A DNA stretch of 64,000 nt, taken from positions 32,001 to 96,000 of the forward strand of contig CAVSOU010000009.1 in assembly GCA_963729625.1 (NCBI GenBank), read 5' to 3'. The position numbers were made by a program, and so were the translations under genes. A model generated the notes under the pieces. The model was not told where the DNA came from, ran no database searches, and was given only the letters and a program-made list of their open reading frames with translations. The DNA is from an uncultured bacterium. GTDB taxonomy: Bacteria; Chloroflexota; UBA5177; JANWHV01. Positions 49,350 to 59,047 of the stretch are shown one piece after another (positions within the stretch are counted from its first letter, which is position 1; each line of letters starts with the position of its first letter).

Positions 49350-49802
49350 TTACCAGCTCTCATACAGTTCTACGGCAACGTTTTGACGGATTATTCGCGC
49401 TGGAACGCCCGCAACAATTGTATTGGCAGGCACCGAGTGGGTCACTACAGCGTTAGCACCGACAATCACGTTGTTAGCAATCGTAATGTCGCCCAGTATC
49501 TTGGATCCGACCCCAAGGAAGACATTGTCACCTATCGTCGGCACCCTCGATCTCAGCGACTTCCCGCCAACAACAACGTGAGCAGCGACGTGCACGTGAC
49601 GACCAAGCCGGCATCGGGGGTGCAACACGACCCCGAGTCCGCCGTGCGCAAACTGGACGCCTGGGCCGATTTCGACGCCATACGGTATGACGGCGTGGAA
49701 CACGACGAATATGACGCTCTGGAGAAGCCGAGGCGCCAGTGGCACGTGCAGTTCGTGCAGCCTATGAGCGATTCTGTACAGCAACTCTGGGCCGCTCATC
49801 AT
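49350..49802 (-). CDS. Serine acetyltransferase-like hexapeptide-repeat acyltransferase
   Basis: P.IGDNV.LG.GSKILG...VGANAVV...VP....AGVPAR. Confidence 0.85.
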   Translation of the reverse strand: MMSGPELLYRIAHRLHELHVPLAPRLLQSVIFVVFHAVIPYGVEIGPGVQFAHGGLGVVLHPRCRLGRHVHVAAHVVVGGKSLRSRVPTIGDNVFLGVGSKILGDITIANNVIVGANAVVTHSVPANTIVAGVPARIIRQNVAVELYESW

Positions 49803-49874
49803 CTCCTCCGGTCCGCCTGGAACATGTCAACACCTCTGAAACGACTGTTGCTTTCGGTCGCTTCATTGCCGCAT

Positions 49875-51104
49875 TCAGACTGAGCGACCACGCAGCGCCT
49901 CGCGGTACACAGCTCCGACATCGTCAATAAACCGGTCTGGCATGAAGGAAGATCTGACAGTCTCATACCCACCTTCCCGCAAATGCACGCGAAGGTCAGG
50001 ATCGCTGTAGAGGCACTTCAAGGCGTCAGCAAGCGCGGCCGTATCGCCTGGGTGAACCAAGAGGCCGTTAACTCGGTGCGAGACAACAGCCATGATTGGC
50101 GTAAGGGTGCTCGAGATGACGCATGCACCCGTAGCCATCGCTTCAATCAAGACACTGGGCTGGTTCTCGGCATAACTTGGCAGCGCAAGTACCTCAGCCG
50201 CTCGGTACTCGGCGATGAGATCAGCGCCCATGCGGGGACCAAGCAGCGTCACTGTGTCCTGCAGGCCCAATTCCTTGACGCGCTCCTCGTACGACTTCGC
50301 GATTCCAGGGGATCCCTCAGTCCCTACGATTCGAACTGCCAAAGTCGGAATATCGTCACTGATAAGCGCAACGGCTTCGATAAGGTCATGCACTCCTTTG
50401 CGCGCCCCAATCTCACCGACGAAAAGCACGACGAAGGGGTCTGGTCGGTCAGAGTTCAGGCGTGCCAACGGCACGACGAAAGCTGGGCTCACACCAATCG
50501 GCATGACTGTGATGCGCGTTCGGGGCATGAGCCGAGAGAAGTGCCGCTCCCAATAAGGCGACAGCACGACCAGATGATCGACGCCATGAAGAAGGCAGCG
50601 AATCAGCCTTCTGCGCCATGGACCACCTTGTAGATAGAGTGTGTCCGCATTGGAGCCGTGGCTGTGGGCGACAGTGTAGCTGCCAAGCGCTTTGGCCGTC
50701 CATATGAGGGCCATATCGCGCAGGAAGCCAGTTCCCGTGGCTGAAAGTGGGGCATGAAACACACGCGGGCGACGGCGAGCGACGGCCAGCAGGCAGCTCA
50801 TCACTTGCAGTGCGGCATCACGAAGGTTACGCGCATCAAAGCGGCCCTGAAACTCCTTCCCCCGTGTCCGGTGAATCTCAAACAGCTCCATACGGTAGTT
50901 CGATCTCAACGAGGATTCCCAGATCAGTTTCGTGATCGTCTCTACACCGCCTGGAGGCGGCGGAAGCCGGCCCGCCAGCATCACCGGGCACCGATGGCCA
51001 GGCCGATAAGTCGCCAGACGCGTCAGCCAGCCCATTGGCGTTGCCGAACCCTTTCTGTAGGGCCGACATAGCATCGCGGTCTCCTCGGACGGCGGACCCG
51101 TCAT
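49875..51104 (-). CDS. Glycosyltransferase family 4
   Basis: FVG....KG, LPS..E..P.VLIEAMA.G, NGLLV.PGD. Confidence 0.9.
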   Translation of the reverse strand: MTGPPSEETAMLCRPYRKGSATPMGWLTRLATYRPGHRCPVMLAGRLPPPPGGVETITKLIWESSLRSNYRMELFEIHRTRGKEFQGRFDARNLRDAALQVMSCLLAVARRRPRVFHAPLSATGTGFLRDMALIWTAKALGSYTVAHSHGSNADTLYLQGGPWRRRLIRCLLHGVDHLVVLSPYWERHFSRLMPRTRITVMPIGVSPAFVVPLARLNSDRPDPFVVLFVGEIGARKGVHDLIEAVALISDDIPTLAVRIVGTEGSPGIAKSYEERVKELGLQDTVTLLGPRMGADLIAEYRAAEVLALPSYAENQPSVLIEAMATGACVISSTLTPIMAVVSHRVNGLLVHPGDTAALADALKCLYSDPDLRVHLREGGYETVRSSFMPDRFIDDVGAVYREALRGRSV

Positions 51105-53257
51105 TGTGGGCTACGCGGATGCGAATCCGGAACCACCATATTAGTAACCATTGCACTCCGCTCAGAGCGCCGTAGGCCAATCCGTATCCTCATAGCGCCG
51201 ATTTTGGACACCTGGACTGATGAGATCGGGTCGTGCGACAGGGCGTCGATCACGGTGACACTGGTCAAAGGAAGCCGCGCCGTCCAGCGAAGACACACTG
51301 TCGACGAGGGTACGCTGGCCCCATATGACGCCGAGTACCAGCCGAGCATTGGATCGACAGCACCCCGAACCGACCGTACGCGAAAGTCCCGATCGCTCCA
51401 ATGGTACAGCCGGAGCGTCCTGCCGGCCCGTTCCACCACCGACCACTCGCCGTCCGTGTGGTGCACGTGAGCATCTGGCATCATGTGCCAGTATTGACTC
51501 ACATCATGTGTCATCCTACCCAGAACTCTGTCGACCACGATATAGGCGCCCTCACCGGCTACCGCGATCGATCTGTGATGGGACACCGGATCTCGAAGAC
51601 GTGTATAGCCGTCGTGGCACCCGCGCGCAAGCACGTCTGGCTCGAGGTCACCGTGGTCCATCACCGACCGGGCTTGCCTGTGCCAGATAGTCGGTCCTGC
51701 CTGGACCGATTGGTCCAGGCCATCCACTTCGATCGTGTTGTGCGCTCGGGTGCTTCTAAAGTACTCTCGAACAGTTGCGTTATCATCAAACGCGCCGGTG
51801 CCAGGGTCGATGAGCATCGCAAGCCCCCCCAGGCTCAGCCAGATCGACAGTGCGTCCGCGTGCCCGTGGGCAGCCAGGGAGCCATAGCCGAGCGCACCAC
51901 AATTGAAGGCCAGTTGGATCTGACCGGGGCCCGAACAATCGGTTTCGGCTCTGTGGATGGTCCATCCACCATCCGGAAAGACGAACCGTCCTTGATGTCG
52001 CGGAGATACGGGTGGCTGATCGGAGACAGTCAGTGATCCGGTGAGCCAATACGCGCGCTCGTCACTCGGATCGTTCCCTCTCAGGGGTGCTGCGTCATCA
52101 TACAGCGTCGCGGTAACGGCACGCAGGGAGCGAAAGTAGTCGTCGTTAGTGTCGGACAGGGGCGCGACGACAGCGTCGTCGCTGTCACCATACAGCGGAA
52201 CGTTGCCGGCGCTATCACTTACGCGTTCAAGAAAGACGGCCATGGCCAGCAGGCGAGGCTTCCAGGCGATGGCGCTGCGTCCGCCAGTCTTGCTGTCGAT
52301 GCATGCAACCAGTAAGTACCATTCAAGCACTCCGGCATGATAGCGCATGGCCTGCTCGCGATTCACACCATCGCAATGCACTTGAAGCTCGAGTTCGCGC
52401 GACAGAATGCTAAGCCCCGTCTGCCGCCACTCGTCAGCACCCGACAGGTCTGGAAACAATGCGCCGACGATGGCCAGCCCTGCAGCCTCTGCGATCAGGT
52501 GGTTGTTGGCAGACGAGTATCGAGAGAGGCGCCGGCGAACGTGTCGAGCCTGCAGCGCAATCGCGATCAGCAGCTGGTCCTTTGTGTCTTCTGTCAGTTC
52601 GGGCGCGGATGCGGCAAAGCCAAGTGCCCAGCACCAGGCCACGAGGCGGATCGACAACTCTATGCCACTTGTCCAGTTGATGCCGAAGTACGGCGGATTT
52701 TGCGCAAGCCAGCCGCGGAACTGCCGCTCCAGCTCGGCACTGAATGTCGAGTCTCCCGACCAATACCAGGCCATAGCAAGTGTTATCAAGTGTCCGTGGC
52801 GATTTGGCTCCCACACGTATTTCGCACCGCCGCGGCGGCAATCCACCCGTGTCCAATGCTTGAGCGGCCATTCATATTCACTCCGCGGATCCCGTCGCCA
52901 CTGCCAATCCGGACCGTACTGCCACCGCTTGCCGAAGAAGGTCAGTTCGCCTGCGCAGACCCGCCGGGCGCTCGCCAAGGTCGCTTCGACGCACGCTGGG
53001 AGAGCCACCCCGAGATCGATCCTTGCCGTGTCAGAGCTCGGCATTCGTAGCGATGTTCTCAGTCGCTCCAGCTGCGCGGCCGGCGGCACCGTCACTGATC
53101 CGGGCCGGCTCGCGAGTCCGGCCAGAGACAGATAGGAACTTGGCGATCGTTCTTGCGACCAGGCGAATGCTGCAAGCACCGCGCGCTTGACCCGGAACGA
53201 CACCTCGGCTGCCGACATCACGCGAAGGCGAGCCCAGTACCACCTGAATCGATTCAT
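51101..53257 (-). CDS. Heparinase II/III family protein
   Basis: K.VWE.NR, NPP..G.NW, SSANNHL, AHGHADALS, DPG, HNT..VDG.DQ. Confidence 0.9.
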   Translation of the reverse strand: MNRFRWYWARLRVMSAAEVSFRVKRAVLAAFAWSQERSPSSYLSLAGLASRPGSVTVPPAAQLERLRTSLRMPSSDTARIDLGVALPACVEATLASARRVCAGELTFFGKRWQYGPDWQWRRDPRSEYEWPLKHWTRVDCRRGGAKYVWEPNRHGHLITLAMAWYWSGDSTFSAELERQFRGWLAQNPPYFGINWTSGIELSIRLVAWCWALGFAASAPELTEDTKDQLLIAIALQARHVRRRLSRYSSANNHLIAEAAGLAIVGALFPDLSGADEWRQTGLSILSRELELQVHCDGVNREQAMRYHAGVLEWYLLVACIDSKTGGRSAIAWKPRLLAMAVFLERVSDSAGNVPLYGDSDDAVVAPLSDTNDDYFRSLRAVTATLYDDAAPLRGNDPSDERAYWLTGSLTVSDQPPVSPRHQGRFVFPDGGWTIHRAETDCSGPGQIQLAFNCGALGYGSLAAHGHADALSIWLSLGGLAMLIDPGTGAFDDNATVREYFRSTRAHNTIEVDGLDQSVQAGPTIWHRQARSVMDHGDLEPDVLARGCHDGYTRLRDPVSHHRSIAVAGEGAYIVVDRVLGRMTHDVSQYWHMMPDAHVHHTDGEWSVVERAGRTLRLYHWSDRDFRVRSVRGAVDPMLGWYSASYGASVPSSTVCLRWTARLPLTSVTVIDALSHDPISSVQVSKIGAMRIRIGLRRSERSAMVTNMVVPDSHPRSPQ

Positions 53258-53632
53258 CTCTCTCGCGCGGGCACATCACACAGCCAAACAGCGCGGACGC
53301 CATCGCTGGTAGTATAACCGTCCAGAGCATCCCGGTCTTCATTTTCATTAAGTCCGCGCACTCGCGTCCGTGTGCAGGATCCGGGTACGTATCCACTACC
53401 GAGCTCTTGCGATCCGCCAGTCAGATTGCTGGCTCTGGTTCTGGATCGGGTCTCATGCTGAACACGACAGAATGCTTGCACGACCGCGACCCTAGGCGTC
53501 GCCTTCAACCAGGAGCCTCAAGCGCGTGTCCCGCAACTTGGCCAATAGGCCTGCGGTCGTGGCCGGGAGCGTGCTTCCGGGCGCCATCAAGCAGCCCGGT
53601 CATGCCGGGTACCGGCTCGAGGCGCGCCTTGA

Positions 53633-53662
53633 TTGACGCTCGGACCGGGAAGACCATATAAT
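53633..53662 (+). promoter_or_regulatory. Near-consensus sigma70 promoter
   Basis: TTGACG-N18-TATAAT. Confidence 0.7.
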
Positions 53663-53714
53663 CCCCCTCTAGAAGTCCTGCTCGCTTGTTACTACAGGTG
53701 ATGGAGATTGGCAG

Positions 53715-53978
53715 ATGGCGGTCGACGTCTCAGGCCCCCCGGATGGCTCGATACCGGACTGCCGGCAGCTCGGCCGGGTACGCCACGGTGAGATTCTCTC
53801 GGACTTGCGGGCGCCGAATTCCGCCGTCGAGCTGGAACACGCCTTGTATCGCGGGTTCGCGGGCGGCATCACGCCGGTGTCGCCGCGTCCGCGTCGAGCG
53901 GCATCCGCGGGGCCCTGGTCATGGCCGGCTTTCCGACCTGCTCGCGTTGCGAGCCGTTCCGTGCACGCCGCGGCCTGA
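53715..53978 (+). CDS. Possible small hypothetical protein (87 aa)
   Basis: GGAG RBS and ATG just downstream of the promoter; no recognisable motif. Confidence 0.3.
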   Translation: MAVDVSGPPDGSIPDCRQLGRVRHGEILSDLRAPNSAVELEHALYRGFAGGITPVSPRPRRAASAGPWSWPAFRPARVASRSVHAAA

Positions 53979-53994
53979 GCGCCTTTCGTGTACT

Positions 53995-54010
53995 GTTTCA
54001 ACGTTGAGAC
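53995..54010. promoter_or_regulatory. Candidate LacI-family operator
   Basis: Near-perfect palindrome GTTTCAAC|GTTGAGAC with central CG, just upstream of the sugar ABC operon. Confidence 0.45.
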
Positions 54011-54043
54011 GTATCGAGCCCGTCCAGATGTGAGGGTGACAGG

Positions 54044-55578
54044 TTGGCGCTTCTTGAAATAGCGGAAGTCAGCAAGCATTTCCCGGGCGTGCAGGCGCTA
54101 ACCGACGTGAGCCTGACAGTGGAGGCCGGTGAAGTCCGCGCGCTCGTCGGCCAGAACGGGGCCGGCAAGTCGACACTCGTCAAGTGTGTCTCGGGCGTGC
54201 ACCCGCCCGATGGCGGCCGAATCGTCTTCGACGGCGAGCTGATCCGCACCTACGCGCCGAAGCACGCCTACGACCTCGGTATCACCGTCGTCTACCAGCG
54301 CATGCAGCTGCTTCCCTGGCTCTCGGTTGCCGAGAACATTCTGCTCGGACAGATGCCCACCACCGCCCGCGCGCTCGTCGACTGGAAGGGCGCCAATCGC
54401 ATCGCGCGAGCGCTGCTCGCCCGATTCAAGCTGAACATCGACCCCAAGATCCCGGTGGCCAGGCTCTCCCCCCCGAACGCCAGGAAGTGGCCATCGCGAA
54501 GGCGCTCTATCGCCGAGCCAAGCTGCTGATCCTCGATGAGCCGACCGCGTCGCTCGATGCCAGCCGTATCGAGCGATTGTTCGATCTCATCCATGAAGTC
54601 AATATGGACGGCGTGGCGGTCCTCTACATTTCACACCACCTGGAGGAAGTCTTCCGGCTCGCGCACAACATCACCGTGCTGCGCGACGGCCGGTTGGTCA
54701 CTACCCAACCCGCCTCGGCGCTTAGCCAAACGGAAGTCGTGACTCTCATGGCCGGCCGTCGCATTCAGGTCGCGATCGACGCAGACAAGGCTGAGACGAA
54801 ACGGGATCGGGCCGGCGGAGCCGCCTCCGCTCCGGCCGGCGCCCCCGTGCTGGAGTTCCGGCACGTTGCCGCCGGAGCGCTGCAGGATATCGATCTCACC
54901 CTGCGGGAGGGCGAAGTTGTCGGCGTCACCGGGGTCATCGGCGCTGGGGGCGCCGACATCGCTCGCCTGCTCTTTGGTTTGAGCAAGGCCGAGTCCGGTC
55001 AGGTCCTGCTGGATGGGGCGCCCTATGTCTCGGATGGCCCCGGCTACTCAATCAGCCGCGGGCTGTTCATGGTGCCCGAAGACCCGAGCGGCGAGGGGCT
55101 GGTTCCCGTGCTGTCGGTGGCCAACAACATCACCCTAGTGGACCTTCCCGCCATCACCCGGTTCGGCGTGCTCTCTCTGCAGCAGGAGAGAAAGCTGGCC
55201 GAGGGCCACGTGAACCGGCTGAGCATCGCGACGAGCTCGGTCAACACCAGCGTGAGGAACTTGAGCGGAGGGAACCAACAGAAGGTGCTGCTGGCAAAGG
55301 CGCTGCAGGCTAAGGCGCGGCTCCTGGTCCTGCAGGAACCCACGCAGGGCGTCGACGTCGCGGCCAAGGCCGACATTCACCGCATCATCAGGGACCTGGC
55401 CGGCCAGGGGAAGGCGGTGCTTGTCGTCGCGACCGACATTCGCGACCTGCTGCTCTTTGTCGATCGGATCGTAGCCCTGCGAGGCGGCAGAATCGTTGCC
55501 GACATGCCGGCGGCCGACACCAGTTACGCCGAGATGCTCGATCTGACAGTGGGATCGCTGGGAGTGGAAGCGTCATGA
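54044..55578 (+). CDS. Monosaccharide ABC ATP-binding protein (RbsA/MglA-like); -1 frameshift in a C run
   Basis: GQNGAGKST in one frame; ERQEVAIAKAL, LDEPT and LSGGNQQK in another; C7 at 54468-54474 needs to be C8. Confidence 0.9.
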
Positions 55579-56606
55579 GTGACGAGATAGCAGGAAAGGC
55601 CGGCGGGGAGCCAATCCGTGCCGAAGCGGCAGCGCCTGCCGCGGCATTCGCCGGAAAGCGCCGCCAGTCGGGCAATGTCGACCTGTACGCATTGTGGCCC
55701 GTCGCAGTGATCATCGTGGTGATCATCGTCACCTCGTTCAGGTCGAGCACTTACCTCAGCGTGAACAACTTCAAGAACGTGCTCAGTCAAATGTCGGTGT
55801 ACGGCATCGTGACCATGGGCGAATGCATCTTGCTGATCTCCGCGGGCATTGATCTGTCGGTCGGCGCCAACATGGCATTCTCGTCCATCTGCACCGGCTT
55901 GCTGTTCACGCAGGGGGGGTACCCGATGTGGCTGTGCATCGCCGCGGGATTAGGAGCGGCGGTTGGCATCGGCCTGATCAATGGCATCCTGGCGTCCTTG
56001 AACCGCGCTCACCCGTTCATCATTACCCTCGGCATGCAGGTCTTCCTCTATGGCCTCGCCACGCAGATGACCGGTAGCGCTCCGGTCAACGACATGGGAT
56101 GGCTCTATTCAGCTTTCGGCGGCGATCTGCCGTCCTACCCGCCCTTCTTCGGACTGCCCACGGTAGCTGTGCCGTTTATCGCTACGGTGATCTGCGCGTA
56201 CGCGTTCCTGCGCTGGAGCCCGATCGGCCGCCAGGCGTACGCGATCGGGGGCAACGAGGAGGCGGCGTATCTGTCGGGGATACCCGTCAGACGCACCAAG
56301 ATAATCCTCTACGCCATCATGGGGCTGCTCGCCGGCATCGCGGCAATGGTGCTCGCGGGGAACATCGACGAGGCGTCGTTCAATCTGGCGCAGAACTACG
56401 AGCTGATTGGTATCGCCATGGCCGTGGTCGGCGGCACGGCTCTCTTCGGCGGCCGGGGCGGAGCCCTGCGCTCGCTGCAGGGCGTCGTCCTATACGCCGT
56501 TGTCGCCAACGCAATAGTCTTTCTGGGCTTTACGAGTGACTACCAGCAGATGGCCCTTGGCATCATCATTATTGTCGCAGTGATGGTGACGAGAGCTCGA
56601 CGATAA
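55575..56606 (+). CDS. Monosaccharide ABC permease (RbsC-like)
   Basis: GIDLSVG, PFIITLG, GR..YAIGGNEEAA.LSGI, VVGGT. Confidence 0.95.
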   Translation: MSDEIAGKAGGEPIRAEAAAPAAAFAGKRRQSGNVDLYALWPVAVIIVVIIVTSFRSSTYLSVNNFKNVLSQMSVYGIVTMGECILLISAGIDLSVGANMAFSSICTGLLFTQGGYPMWLCIAAGLGAAVGIGLINGILASLNRAHPFIITLGMQVFLYGLATQMTGSAPVNDMGWLYSAFGGDLPSYPPFFGLPTVAVPFIATVICAYAFLRWSPIGRQAYAIGGNEEAAYLSGIPVRRTKIILYAIMGLLAGIAAMVLAGNIDEASFNLAQNYELIGIAMAVVGGTALFGGRGGALRSLQGVVLYAVVANAIVFLGFTSDYQQMALGIIIIVAVMVTRARR

Positions 56607-56768
56607 CTCAATCGGATCAGACTCTGGAAAGGAGGCAAAGCGAGAAGAGCAGTCGATTGCTAGCGGGTCCCGCCTGGCGCGCGACCAGCAAAGCTGGCGC
56701 GAGTCACCGTCGGGCACTCGGCGCACATGGGTTCAGCACCGATTTTCGACTCATAGGAGGCAGCACAT

Positions 56769-57836
56769 ATGTCCAAGATACTTCGATTTGCCGTCTCGGC
56801 GGCCGCCTTGACGGGGATGTTCGTTGCATCCGTCGGCGCCACGGGTTCGGTTACCGCTCAGCACGCAAACGCGGGCAAGGGAACGATCGCCTTCCTGCGC
56901 TCGGGGCCTGACCTGTACTACCAGTACGGGCTCAACGGAGCCGAGGCGGCGGCCAAGCAGTTGGGTTACAAAGTCGTCGACTACCCTAACCCGACAGTCA
57001 GCCCTGCTCAGGAGAAGACGAACATCCAGAACGCCATCGCGGCCGGCGTCGTAGCGATCGACGGCTACTCGGTTGGCCTGGCTACCGAGACCGCCTCGAT
57101 CGACGCCGCGGCGAGCGCAAACATCCCGATCTTCTTGATGTACGGATACAGCCCCAAGTACATCGCGAATAAGGATGTGATCGGCTTCGAGCAGGTCAAT
57201 CTGGGGCCGTTCAGCTACGCTGTTGGCCAGTATGTGAAGACGCACGTCAAGAGCGGGCAGCTCGCGATCATCACCGGACAGCTCGGACGCGGCGACGCGG
57301 AAGGATACCGCACCGGCTTCCTGCAGGGACTGGGCTGCGGAAACGATCCGACCGGGGCATACAAGAAGTGCGGCGGTATCGATTACGTCGATCAGGAGAG
57401 TGGCGGCTGGCTGCGCCCCACGGCGTACACGAAGGCGCAGGACATCATCGCCAAGTATCCGAATCTCGCCGTCTTGTGGGCGATGAACGAGGACATGGCT
57501 GTGGGCGCGCACAGCGCGCTCGTGGCGGCCCACAAGGACAAGCAGGTGATGCTCGTGTCGCAGAATGGCGCGCCGTACGGCCTTGCCGGCATTTCAGCCG
57601 GCTGGCTTCAGGCGTCCGACACCTGCTCGCCGTTCCTGGAGGGCATGATGTCCGTCCGGCTGACCGATGCCTTCCTTAACAAGACGATCACCGGCGGTCA
57701 CCTGTACTACTCGTACTCCGTGTTCGTCACCAAGGCAAACCTCAGCCAGGCAGTGGGCTGGAATCCTGCCAGCTCGTCGATCCCAGGGCTTATGAAGCTG
57801 CCGCTGCCGAAGCCTGTGAGCCCGGCGCCTATGTGA
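56769..57836 (+). CDS. Monosaccharide ABC substrate-binding protein
   Basis: Signal peptide; RbsB-like motifs (R.GF, W, N..MA.GA). Confidence 0.85.
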   Translation: MSKILRFAVSAAALTGMFVASVGATGSVTAQHANAGKGTIAFLRSGPDLYYQYGLNGAEAAAKQLGYKVVDYPNPTVSPAQEKTNIQNAIAAGVVAIDGYSVGLATETASIDAAASANIPIFLMYGYSPKYIANKDVIGFEQVNLGPFSYAVGQYVKTHVKSGQLAIITGQLGRGDAEGYRTGFLQGLGCGNDPTGAYKKCGGIDYVDQESGGWLRPTAYTKAQDIIAKYPNLAVLWAMNEDMAVGAHSALVAAHKDKQVMLVSQNGAPYGLAGISAGWLQASDTCSPFLEGMMSVRLTDAFLNKTITGGHLYYSYSVFVTKANLSQAVGWNPASSSIPGLMKLPLPKPVSPAPM

Positions 57837-57845
57837 GCCATCGCG

Positions 57846-57886
57846 CGTGACTGCGGCTCCTCTCCATGAGAGGAGCCGCAGTCACG
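57846..57886. terminator. Perfect 19-bp hairpin after the substrate-binding gene (terminator or mRNA stabiliser)
   Basis: CGTGACTGCGGCTCCTCTC-CAT-GAGAGGAGCCGCAGTCACG. Confidence 0.7.
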
Positions 57887-58168
57887 GAACGTGATGGTTG
57901 ATTGGGGGCGGGGCATCTTTGGCCACGAATCTGCGCAGATTCCGGCGACCCGGAGCGTGCTGGCGGCGACAGAGATTGGTTTGGCGCTCGACCAACGTGC
58001 CCTGCCCCCATGGCGGCCAGAGATCAGGGGTTTGTCGGCGTACCTTGGTGGCCTCGACCGCTACGTTTGGTCGGGCGACACGAAGCATCGTCCCGTCCGA
58101 CGGCTGGTTTGAATGGGCTGTCACGTAGCAGAGCGCCGACAGGCACGCGGGAGGAGAACGATACATCC

Positions 58169-59026
58169 ATGAAGATAGGCATTGACAGTTACTGCTTTCA
58201 TCGGTTCTTCGGTGAGGTCTATCCCGAGCAACCGCCGGCGCCGCGACAGATGACGATGGACGACTTCCTCGCATTCGCGCATGAGCTCGGCGTCGACGGC
58301 GTGTCTCTGGAATCCTGCTTCTTTCCGTCGCACGATGCGGCCTGGCTTCGAGACCTGAAGGCCAGGCTCGACGATTACGGCTTCGATCGCGTGTACGCCT
58401 GGGGCCATCCCGACGGCCTGGAGGCCGGTAAGAACCGGCGCGCGCTGGACGATATGATCGCGCAAATCCCGAACGCCGCCATGATCGGCGCCCCGGTTAT
58501 GCGTGTCACCGGCAGCAGCCTGATGTTCCGCAACGAGCCTCATCGGCCGCAGCTCGAGATTCTGGCAGGCTGGTTCAAGGAGGCGATCCCGGTTGCCGAG
58601 CGCCACGGTGTGAAGCTGGCCGTTGAAAACCATATCGACTACACTGCCGACGAGATCGTCTGGCTGGTCGAGGCAGTGGGCTCCCCGTCGTTCGGCGTGA
58701 ACTTCGACACCGGTAATTTCCTGCGGCTGCTCGACGATCCTATCCGCGGCATGGAGAAACTGGCAAAGTACACGCTGGCCACGCATATCAAGGACCTCAA
58801 GGTACGCAAAGGTGTCTCCCCAACCGAATGGTTCTTCTTCTCAAGCACTCCCGTGGGCGACGGTCTGGTCGACAATCAGAAGCTCGCGCGGCTTCTCAGC
58901 GACGCGGGCTACCAGGGATTCCTGGCCGTGGAGATCGACCATCTGCATCCGGACTACCAGTATGATGAACACGCGGCGGTGCGGCAGAGCGTGCTGGAGT
59001 TGCGCCGTGTTGCAAGTGGCCTGTAA
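58169..59026 (+). CDS. Sugar phosphate isomerase/epimerase (AP_endonuc_2 TIM barrel)
   Basis: ENH, NFDTGN, HIKD and late E metal ligands; RBS GGAGGAG. Confidence 0.9.
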   Translation: MKIGIDSYCFHRFFGEVYPEQPPAPRQMTMDDFLAFAHELGVDGVSLESCFFPSHDAAWLRDLKARLDDYGFDRVYAWGHPDGLEAGKNRRALDDMIAQIPNAAMIGAPVMRVTGSSLMFRNEPHRPQLEILAGWFKEAIPVAERHGVKLAVENHIDYTADEIVWLVEAVGSPSFGVNFDTGNFLRLLDDPIRGMEKLAKYTLATHIKDLKVRKGVSPTEWFFFSSTPVGDGLVDNQKLARLLSDAGYQGFLAVEIDHLHPDYQYDEHAAVRQSVLELRRVASGL

Positions 59027-59047
59027 CAGGTAGGATGGGGGTTGGCG

